DNA of 64,000 nt from Eledone cirrhosa (lineage: Eukaryota), in NCBI GenBank assembly GCA_964016885.1, contig OZ024740.1, forward strand, positions 411,060,001 through 411,124,000, in the 5' to 3' direction. A program made the position numbers and the translations under genes. This document shows positions 55,322-64,000 of this stretch, one piece after another (position 1 is the stretch's first letter; the number at the start of each line of letters is the position of its first letter). The notes beneath the pieces are model-generated. The model was not told the DNA's origin. It ran no database searches and saw nothing but the letters and a program-made list of their open reading frames with translations.

Positions 55322-57064
55322 ATGAACTTACAGCTTCCCCCTGCCACTGTCACAGTAGCAGAGGTCAAGAAGAAAGGTCAGCCAGAGGAAGAATTCTCTC
55401 CACCTGTTAACCGACAACTTGACGTTGCCATGGCAACAACTCAAAGAACCAGCAGCAACAGCAACAACAACAATGCGACGGACGAAAACAACACCAATAA
55501 CAATAACAATAACAACAACAAGACCAATAACGGTGACAACAACAACAATGATAACAACAACACCACCAACGACAACAACAACACAAACAAACAAAATTTC
55601 TCCTTCGCCGAGACGACAAGGAAAACCCTCGACTATCTGCCAGTAGATATAACAAAAGCGAAGGAGCTACTGGCGGATGCGAAAAAATATATAGTGTACG
55701 GGGAAAATGGTTCATTCACAATCCATTCCCCCCCGGAACTAAAAAGCCAGAGACTCCTAAACACGGTCATGTTTAGGACAATCTCGAACAAAAGTAAAAA
55801 ACCAGCTCAACCATCACAGAGCGAGATAGAGCTGGTTTTAAAAGACGTCATGAAGGACATCACCTTCATTCAGAAGGATAGACTCTACGGGAGTCTATCC
55901 ATTCTCATGAAGGACAGGGACACAGCAGTGAAACTGTCCATCAAACCAATCACATCCACCGCATACACCTTCTACCCTACGTACATGGGTAGAAGAACAC
56001 AAAAAATAAAAATCCACACCATCCTGCCGATTATGGACATATGGTGGGTTTTGACAGGTTTTCTGGACCTGGAGGATGACATGCTGGTGTCCATGGGAAA
56101 GGCATCGGGTGACGCGTTCAGTGGAACGAGCCTCGAACTTGTAGTTCAAATGAGGCCCGAAAGGATCGCCCAGATCCCTGAACGCGTCATACTGGATGAT
56201 CTAACCTTCATCAACATTACCGTTGAGGGTAGACGGCCCTCGTGTTACCTCTGCGGAACCAGAGGTCACCTGAGGGCTGTCTGTCCCCAACTTAATAAGA
56301 AAACCCCAATCCTGCCTACACCACCAACAACTGCACAACCAACACAATCACCACAACTACCACTACAAAAACAACCACCACAGCTCAAACCAAAACAAAA
56401 CAATGTCCAACCCATCCCCTCCACTCAAAAAACAAAAACAATTTCCAAAACACCCGTACCGCAAACACAACCCGAAAATATACCCCTCCCCTCCAACGCG
56501 GAAGATGACCCTAGTTCGTCGTCAGACGAGGAGGAGCACTTCCACACAATCAAAAGAAAAAAAAGAAAACACACCTCAGACACACAAATGAAAAAAAACC
56601 CTCCCCCAAACATAACACTGACACCAACACAAAAGAGCTCACAACAACAGCAAACAAAAAACACCACACAAAAACAAAAACATGCATACACATACATAAA
56701 TACAAGAAACAAAAAACTGTTAAACATTGTGTACAACAACAATCTAATAAAAACACAAGGGCCTAACTTCACCCAGGCAGGGGATTTCCCCCACCTCAAA
56801 ATGATTAAGGCCCCACAGGACACCTATAAAACTTTAAAAAACAATTTTAAAGAGGACGTGGGTCCCCCCTGCGTCGGGCCCATTAACCGCGTCCTCCTAA
56901 AAAACTATCCCACCCCCTCCCCAAACACCCACACAACTCCAAGCTCCCCAACCACACATCACACTGATGCCCCCACACTTCCACAAACCACCACCCCACC
57001 CAACAACCCATCCCCCACCCTAATGGAAATTGTGCAGCCCGATACCCGGGACGCAGAGAGGTAA
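55322..57064 (+). CDS. Tx1 ORF1 (gag-like, CCHC zinc knuckle, poly-Asn and Pro/Thr/Gln-rich regions)
   Basis: First plausible ATG at 55322. GRRPSCYLCGTRGHLRAVCP = CX2CX4HX4C. Confidence 0.88.
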   Translation: MNLQLPPATVTVAEVKKKGQPEEEFSPPVNRQLDVAMATTQRTSSNSNNNNATDENNTNNNNNNNNKTNNGDNNNNDNNNTTNDNNNTNKQNFSFAETTRKTLDYLPVDITKAKELLADAKKYIVYGENGSFTIHSPPELKSQRLLNTVMFRTISNKSKKPAQPSQSEIELVLKDVMKDITFIQKDRLYGSLSILMKDRDTAVKLSIKPITSTAYTFYPTYMGRRTQKIKIHTILPIMDIWWVLTGFLDLEDDMLVSMGKASGDAFSGTSLELVVQMRPERIAQIPERVILDDLTFINITVEGRRPSCYLCGTRGHLRAVCPQLNKKTPILPTPPTTAQPTQSPQLPLQKQPPQLKPKQNNVQPIPSTQKTKTISKTPVPQTQPENIPLPSNAEDDPSSSSDEEEHFHTIKRKKRKHTSDTQMKKNPPPNITLTPTQKSSQQQQTKNTTQKQKHAYTYINTRNKKLLNIVYNNNLIKTQGPNFTQAGDFPHLKMIKAPQDTYKTLKNNFKEDVGPPCVGPINRVLLKNYPTPSPNTHTTPSSPTTHHTDAPTLPQTTTPPNNPSPTLMEIVQPDTRDAER

Positions 57065-57088
57065 GTGCCTTTTCTCTTCACTACCAAC

Positions 57089-60000
57089 ATGGCTATGCTA
57101 AGAGTAGGCTGTTTAAATGCGCGTGGCCTGGGCTCAACTTGGAAGCAAGCAATGCTTCTAAATGACCTCAGGTCACAACGTATAGATGTGATGGTTATTT
57201 GCGAGGCCCGGATCAGCAACGTGCGACAGCTGGCCCCCACCTTTGATGACTTTGAGATGCACGCATCTCTCTGTCAGCCCGGAGGCGGGGGTGGAGTTGT
57301 CGTTCTGCTGCAAAAACATCTGGGTCTCGCAACACAGATGGTACATTTGGACCCGGAGGGTCGACTAGTGGTTCTGGACCTTGGCAGTGGTAAAGGTGGA
57401 GCGTTTAGGTTGGTAGCCGCCTACGGCCCTTTCGGGTCAATGCGGCCGGACTTCTTCCATCGTCTGGAGACTTTTCTAGGGACGTCCCGCTCCTTGCTAT
57501 TAGTGGGGGACTGGAATGGTATCCTAGATGCACGCTGGGACTACGTAGGGGCCTGCCCCGATAGAGAGGGGTGTAATAGCCTCAAAGGGTTAATCGGTCG
57601 ATTTGACCTGGCCGATAGATATCGACTAGATTTTCCGACTGCGCCAACCTGGACTTGGGCAAATCGTAGCGGATCATCTAGGTCGTACCTAGATAGGTTC
57701 TTAGTTAGAATTAAGGATAAGGACTATTTAAGTTGTCCAAAAATGCGCATGGTTGGCTATTCAGACCACAAATTAGTGACCTGCATGGTCAACCTTGACA
57801 GAACTCATAGACAGGGCCCCGGTTACTGGAAGCTCAACTTGTCCTTGCCGGCAAGTAGAGCCTACAGGAATCGGATTAGTACGTTAGTTAAGGAACGGTT
57901 GACTGGAGCGATCGTCAACAGCAGGTGGTGGGTATCTTTAAAGAGAGAGATTAGAGTAGTCTCGATTGAATTTAGTAAGGTTCTAGCTGCGGATAGGAAT
58001 AGGAAGGAAAGGGAGCTAATAGATAGAGTAGAAGAGGCAATTAGAAGCGGCGACGTGGCCAGAGTGCTAGCGTCGAGAACGGCTTTGAGCCAGTTTTTCG
58101 ACGCGAAGCACGAAGGCTGCGTTGTCCGAAGTAAAATACGTGCTCTAGGGAACGAGGGGGCCAAAGCTGTTAGCTGGGCCCGCGTGACAGAGGCCAACAG
58201 TGGAACTAAATCCACCATCCGGTCTTTGCGAGACCTGGATGGACGGGCGATTCTTGAGCCTAAGCAGATGTGTGAGGCCTTTCAAAGGCACTTTGCCCGA
58301 CTGTTCGGGAGGGGCGGGGAGCCGGTTGGGAACGTGGACTTCGGTCCATACCTCGACGGCCTGCCGCGCCTCTCGGACAGGGAGGCGAAGTCCTGCGAGG
58401 AGCCGATTTCGGCCGCTGAGATAGAGGACGTGCTGAGCCAATGCGGCAAACGCAAATCCCCGGGTCTCGATGGTCTTCCTTACGAATTATATCTAGCTAT
58501 GCCGGACTTGTTCCCCGATCTCCTCGAGGCGGTCTACTGCAACTGGCAACAGAACGGGAGAATTCCCTGTACTGTGACCAAGGGCGTAGTCACGCTAGTG
58601 AGGAAGGACGAGAACAAGGGGGACGAAATAAGTAACTTCAGGCCCATAACTCTGCTAAATACAGAGTTACAGATTTTGGCCAAGGTGCTAGCAAAGAGGT
58701 TGGCGCTTGTCGTGGGCAACCTGGTGGGAGATGCGCAGACATGCGCTATCCCGTCCAGGTCCATCCATGACAACCTCCACCTCATGCGATACATCATAGA
58801 GAGGGTTGGGAACGAACCCGGCTTTGGTGGGGCTCTGATCAACTTGGATCAATCTAAGGCGTTCGATAGGGTCGGCCATGGTTACCTGGATGCGGTGCTA
58901 GCGGCGGCAGGCTTCGGACCCGTTTTCAGGGGCTGGATCACTGCTATGCACAGCAGCCGCATCTGCTCTAGGGTCAAGGTGAACGGCTACCTCTCGGAGC
59001 CGTTCAAAATCGCGCGGTCCATCCGACAAGGGTGCCCTCTCTCCTCCCTTCTGTATGTGTTGACTCTCGAGCCACTACTGCGGAAGTTGGAGTTGTTGCA
59101 GGGCATCCCTTTGGAACCGGGATTGCGGAAAGCGGTGTCAGCCTACGCCGATGATGTGACAGTAATGGTGTCGACGGCCTCCGAAATCGAGGCGGTCGGC
59201 ACCTTACTGGAGGAGTACGAAAAGTTCACAGGGGCTAAGCTGAACCGGGACAAGTCGATCGGTTTGCAACTCGGCACGTGGAGGGGCAGACCGATGCCCT
59301 CTGATGGCGTCGTCGGACGCTGGACGGAGGGCCCGGTGAAGTTGCTCGGGGTCTGGTTCGGACCGGACCTCCAGGTGGAGAAAAACTGGGCGGAGGTTAC
59401 GAACAGGGTGTTTGCACTGACCCAGAAGTGGGCCAGTTGCAAACTATCCCTGAAAGGTCGGGCGGAGGTGGCGAACACTTATATAGCGTCCGTCATCTAC
59501 TACCGCCTGACCGTAGTGCCCTGCCCAAGGGAAACCCTCACCAAGATGGAGCGCGCGCTCTTCCAATTCCTTTGGAAGAGGCGGGCTCCTATGGTGAGGA
59601 GATCCATCTGCTGTCAACACCCTTCGAAAGGAGGGCTGGGGATGCCGTGGCTAATGATGCGTAAACACGCATTAAGGCTACGGCACCTCTACGTATTCCT
59701 CACCGGACAACCGGTGTGGGCCTCGTTTGTGAGACGAACCTTTCCCAGACTCGTCTCACTCACCGAGCTGCAATCCTGGGTCAAGCAAAGACCGAGAAAA
59801 CTGGGCGCCTGGCACACTGAGTGTGCCCAGGCGCTCACCGCCCTCTGGCAGGCGGATCCGGTTATCAGTGGAGACTCCACCGCAACATTCTATAGAGGGC
59901 TGGTACGCAGCAGGTGCGACGACGCCCTCGGAGAAGCCCTAGACATGGAGGAGGACGAACTGGCCAGCCTGTTCGGTAGGACATTCAGCCCGGGACCTAT

Positions 60001-60526
60001 GGACAACTTCCAGAAGTCCCTGGCCTGGCAGTGCTACCGAGGGGCTTTACCCGTTCGAGAAAGGCTCTACAGACACGGGCGCCCGGGTAGGGACCCCGCT
60101 AAAAAGATCTGTCCCAGATGCGTGTGCGACGAGGAAACCGTTGCACACGCATTGGTACACTGCTCGGGCGTAGCCGATCTGTGGGGCTATGTCGAACAAC
60201 TGCTGTCAAGGGTGGGACCGATCCGGTTGACCACCGAGTCTATTGTAATGATCAAGCCGCCTCCCCCCTTCAAAGATGAAGCAGAGGCGGTGTTTCTGTG
60301 CGTAATAGCCATGGCGAAAGAGGTTGTATGGTGGACGCGTCTGAAAGGACTGAGGTCAGGCACCTTTCTCTCTGGCCAACAACTGGTCCGTTTCTTCCGA
60401 TATCATTTCGGAAGAAGGATCAGGATGGAGAGAGAGGTGCTGCACCCCAGTCGTTTTTATGAAAGGTGGGTGAAAGTGGCGAGAATGGCCCGTGTGAATG
60501 GGCCTTCTCTTTACATAAGCCTGTAG
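57089..60526 (+). CDS. Tx1 ORF2: APE endonuclease + reverse transcriptase + C-terminal zinc finger
   Basis: LNARGL, ICE, LVGDWN, SYLDRF, SDH, YWKLN, KSPGLDG, NFRPITLLN, LDQSKAFDRV, IRQGCPLS, AYADDV, GGLGMP, CPRC..ETVAHALVHC. No stops. Confidence 0.96.
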   Translation: MAMLRVGCLNARGLGSTWKQAMLLNDLRSQRIDVMVICEARISNVRQLAPTFDDFEMHASLCQPGGGGGVVVLLQKHLGLATQMVHLDPEGRLVVLDLGSGKGGAFRLVAAYGPFGSMRPDFFHRLETFLGTSRSLLLVGDWNGILDARWDYVGACPDREGCNSLKGLIGRFDLADRYRLDFPTAPTWTWANRSGSSRSYLDRFLVRIKDKDYLSCPKMRMVGYSDHKLVTCMVNLDRTHRQGPGYWKLNLSLPASRAYRNRISTLVKERLTGAIVNSRWWVSLKREIRVVSIEFSKVLAADRNRKERELIDRVEEAIRSGDVARVLASRTALSQFFDAKHEGCVVRSKIRALGNEGAKAVSWARVTEANSGTKSTIRSLRDLDGRAILEPKQMCEAFQRHFARLFGRGGEPVGNVDFGPYLDGLPRLSDREAKSCEEPISAAEIEDVLSQCGKRKSPGLDGLPYELYLAMPDLFPDLLEAVYCNWQQNGRIPCTVTKGVVTLVRKDENKGDEISNFRPITLLNTELQILAKVLAKRLALVVGNLVGDAQTCAIPSRSIHDNLHLMRYIIERVGNEPGFGGALINLDQSKAFDRVGHGYLDAVLAAAGFGPVFRGWITAMHSSRICSRVKVNGYLSEPFKIARSIRQGCPLSSLLYVLTLEPLLRKLELLQGIPLEPGLRKAVSAYADDVTVMVSTASEIEAVGTLLEEYEKFTGAKLNRDKSIGLQLGTWRGRPMPSDGVVGRWTEGPVKLLGVWFGPDLQVEKNWAEVTNRVFALTQKWASCKLSLKGRAEVANTYIASVIYYRLTVVPCPRETLTKMERALFQFLWKRRAPMVRRSICCQHPSKGGLGMPWLMMRKHALRLRHLYVFLTGQPVWASFVRRTFPRLVSLTELQSWVKQRPRKLGAWHTECAQALTALWQADPVISGDSTATFYRGLVRSRCDDALGEALDMEEDELASLFGRTFSPGPMDNFQKSLAWQCYRGALPVRERLYRHGRPGRDPAKKICPRCVCDEETVAHALVHCSGVADLWGYVEQLLSRVGPIRLTTESIVMIKPPPPFKDEAEAVFLCVIAMAKEVVWWTRLKGLRSGTFLSGQQLVRFFRYHFGRRIRMEREVLHPSRFYERWVKVARMARVNGPSLYISL

Positions 60527-60788
60527 GTGGAAAAGAGGAAGGAACGAGGGAGCACCCCCTCTCTGTGCTCCTGAGGAAAAGGGTTGCACACTTTTTTCGG
60601 GGGTGTGTGCGACCCCCCAAGGCGCCTCCTCTCTATTGAGGATTTTGTTAAAAATTTTATTTTTTGTTATATCTTATTTTATTTTTATATTTTGTTATTG
60701 CCTCCTCCTTATTGAGGACGCCTTTTTGTGTAAACTCCCCCCTTTGTACTTGTCCCACTTTTGATGCCCTAGTGGCAAATAAAAGAAA

Positions 60789-60843
<55 letters not shown>

Positions 60844-62444
60844 GTATTTGACGTTGCTTTCTTTGAGGCAAAGAAGACGACAAATCATAGATGAATATTT
60901 GATACCAATCCTATTTGCTCTGACGCCCGGCCTAAGTCATCCTACATATATTTTGAGCCAGTCTGTAGTGGCACTCTAGTTCGCCCGTCCTCGATCTTAA
61001 TGTTGTAAGCCATGCACTCATTTCCATAATCCCGAACTAATCAAAAATGCTTACATCATCTAAGGCTTCATTTATTTGATTTAGTGGTTATATCAAAGCC
61101 CCCTTTAATTTTTGAGACGCAGACATATGCAAACTTCATCTCCGCCTCTTCATGGACTGGTAAGTAGGCATGTACCTTTGCGACAAACCGTTGCCACAAT
61201 CTTTTATACAACTGTATTTGAATTATGTATGAATCCCTTCCTCAAAATAAAATTAAATAAACGAACTTGCTGTTAGTTGGCTTGTTAATAACACTACTTT
61301 CTTTGGTTTTTGCTGGTATTTTTGTTCATGATCTTACCAATTGAGTGTTCGTTGGGTAAATTCTGGCATTTTTTTTTTCTATTTTGTAAATTCGCTTAAT
61401 ACATTTTGAATTCAGTAGTTTATGCAGTTTGTTTTTAGGGATTTTTTCAGGTTTAGTTCCCCACTTTTCCGTACGTCTTACTGCCCTTTTGTAGACGAAG
61501 CAATATCGAAATACGCAAACATAAAAAATTCAGAAAAATTGAAATTCTCGGCAGTGCTGCTGCTCTACTAGAGAAAGGGTCTCTGGTGGCGGATAGAGTT
61601 ATGGTGACCAGATTTGAAGGATACTAGCGATATAAGTGGGCTACTTCCTGAGCAACACCGGAACAACAGCGGTAAAGTACTAGGAGATTTTGATCAATGG
61701 TTGTTACTATTAGTTCCTAAGAAAACTCTCACGATCCAGTGATATAATTGCAACGAGGCGAGAAAAGGCCGCATCTAAAAATGTCAGTCTTCGCGGGTCT
61801 GAGAAAAGTAGCAAACTGATGATTTGTGTGAATAAGACCACCAAGACGCTGCAATATAGCCAGAAACATTAAAAGAATTTATACCGCATCACACATCGCA
61901 TGGGAAAACCAGGGACGTATTTAGGCCTTAGGGAGAGGAGCTTGTTCAAAAATATATATTGTAAGTTTAAAAATAAATAAAGTAATTCAGATACGAGATT
62001 GGTGGCTAAAGTCACAATTCAATAAATTAATAAGAAAATTAACAATAACATACACAGATATAAACACGATCTCGGAAGGGAATGGAAGGGAATTTTGTTT
62101 ATCAAGATTATGCGACTGTTAGATGACATGCATCCACAATAAGGTATATAGGTATTTAGTAAATATTCTAAATTTATATTAAATATTCCTCCTCCATGCT
62201 GGCGTGTCGATGGTGACATGCTTATATATGTGTAGCTCAGTTATATAATGTTTATCAGTTGGGATCTCATAGAAGAACACGGAACAAACAGATAAATAAA
62301 TAGATGAATAAATCGGTAAATAAACGTGATACATCACAGATATGGTGGGCGTGACATAAAGATTGTAAAGCCAAACAGTATACAAAATAAAGTGTAATGT
62401 TTGAAATAAAATGCCTAGAGTATAGAGTTTGAACTTTAATCTTA

Positions 62445-62630
62445 TATAATATAATATAATATAATATATTATAATATAATATTTTATAATATAATATGAT
62501 ATAATTTAATATAATATAATTTAATATAATACAATTTAATATAATATATATAATATATGATATAATATAATATAATATAATATAATATAATTTAATATAA
62601 CATAATATAGTATAATATTATATAGTATAA
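62445..62630. repeat. (AATAT)n degenerate pentanucleotide tract
   Basis: Seen directly. Confidence 0.9.
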
Positions 62631-62922
62631 CATATGTTAAGATGACTTTTAATCCAACATACCGTCATACAACATAATAGGGAACAACATAATATGAAGT
62701 ATATTATACAGAATATATAGAACAGTATGTTTACGAAACAGAAATTACAAAATTTGTGGTGCAAAAATTGCATGACGGTCCACATACAAATCGAACCGCT
62801 TCTAAATTTCCGAGGATTTCCATATGAATCGCATTTACACTGTGCTGAGCTCGGATATATCGTGCATTAACTGTTATCAAAGTAAAATACACACATGCAC
62901 AAACAATATACATCTCTCTCTC

Positions 62923-63190
<268 letters not shown>

Positions 63191-63381
63191 CATATATATA
63201 TAAGAAGACGGCCTGATCGTGCCTATATGTAAGGTCTGATAGTATACAGTTATATAACTGCTATAGATTAGACAATATATCCATATGATCGACCCTCCGA
63301 AACGATCGTAAAACAATGATATGAATAGGTGAAATAACTTGACTTTGTTGTTTTTATTTTCATTGTTGATTTAATACCTAA

Positions 63382-63433
<52 letters not shown>

Positions 63434-63447
63434 CCCCTCTCTCTCTC

Positions 63448-63479
<32 letters not shown>

Positions 63480-63588
63480 GTAAAGGACCGATTAGTTTTT
63501 TAAAAGTGTGTACAATGGCGGTAGAAAATATACGAAGGGTAAAGAAGAAGAAGAAGAAGAAGAAGAAGAAGAAGAAGAAGAAGAAGAA
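63382..63588. repeat. (TCTA)n, (CT)/(AT)/(GT) and (GAA)n microsatellites
   Basis: Seen directly. Confidence 0.95.
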
Positions 63589-63932
63589 TGTAGAGGGAGA
63601 AACTACTGTCATATCATTTATTGACCTTAAAAGAATGAAAAAAAAGTTAACCTCGGTGGATTTGAACTCAGTTTGTATTTAGCTAGAATGAATATCTGAC
63701 ATAATGATTCTGTCAAAGTCACAGAATATCGTTAATAAAACTGTTTTTTAAAATATTTGACTTTGACATCAGTGACATCAATTCCTTCTATACGATTCAT
63801 TGAGACATATATTTTACCCCTTTCTTTTTTGTTGGGGGTGGGTGATATATGCATCCATTTATTGTTCTGGATAAAACATAAGGTTGAATCCAGTTAAAAT
63901 ATATTAATCAAATATAAGAAGTTTTATTTTAT

Positions 63933-64000
63933 ACTAGCAGTGGTACTCGGCGTTGCACAGGATAATGTATTTTAGAACGCGGGCTGCCAACAGATCTAAT
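63933..64000 (-). mobile_element. 3' end of a second Helitron-like element
   Basis: Minus strand cctgtgcaacgccgagtaccactgCTAG|T resembles 52211-52240. Confidence 0.5.

Larger units (their letters stand above)
55301..60790 (+). mobile_element. Apparently intact Tx1/L1-clade non-LTR retrotransposon
   Basis: Two long open ORFs, 3' UTR with AATAAA at 60778-60783, followed by (TA)n. Confidence 0.95.

Noticed and set aside
60860-61500. Possible MULE transposase remnant on the minus strand
   Set aside because: Only a weak RT..LE.HYRL resemblance with many stops; not supportable without a search.

Overview
Repeat-saturated, AT-rich animal DNA, intronic or intergenic. The dense (TA)n/(CA)n tracts and the SINE types suggest a cephalopod (octopus-like) genome; this is inference. 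No host gene can be called with confidence. Contents: two R4/Dong-type RLE non-LTR copies in (TAA)n; several RTE-clade fragments, two with 5' inversions; at least five Penelope-like elements (PLEs; RT plus C-terminal GIY-YIG) and many solo pseudo-LTR (pLTR) pieces with minimal hammerhead ribozyme (HHR) motifs; two tRNA-derived SINE families; a non-autonomous Helitron; and an apparently intact two-ORF Tx1/L1-clade element (55301-60790) inserted in a (TA)n tract. The most striking pattern is a recurring architecture of about 15 fold-back or inverted duplications at (TA)n tracts. Several turn around at or beside HHR motifs, and some copy non-PLE or already chimeric DNA, which suggests an active (TA)n-targeted, self-priming palindrome-forming process. 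Most short ORFs in the track are microsatellite translations. All alignments and folds were done by eye.
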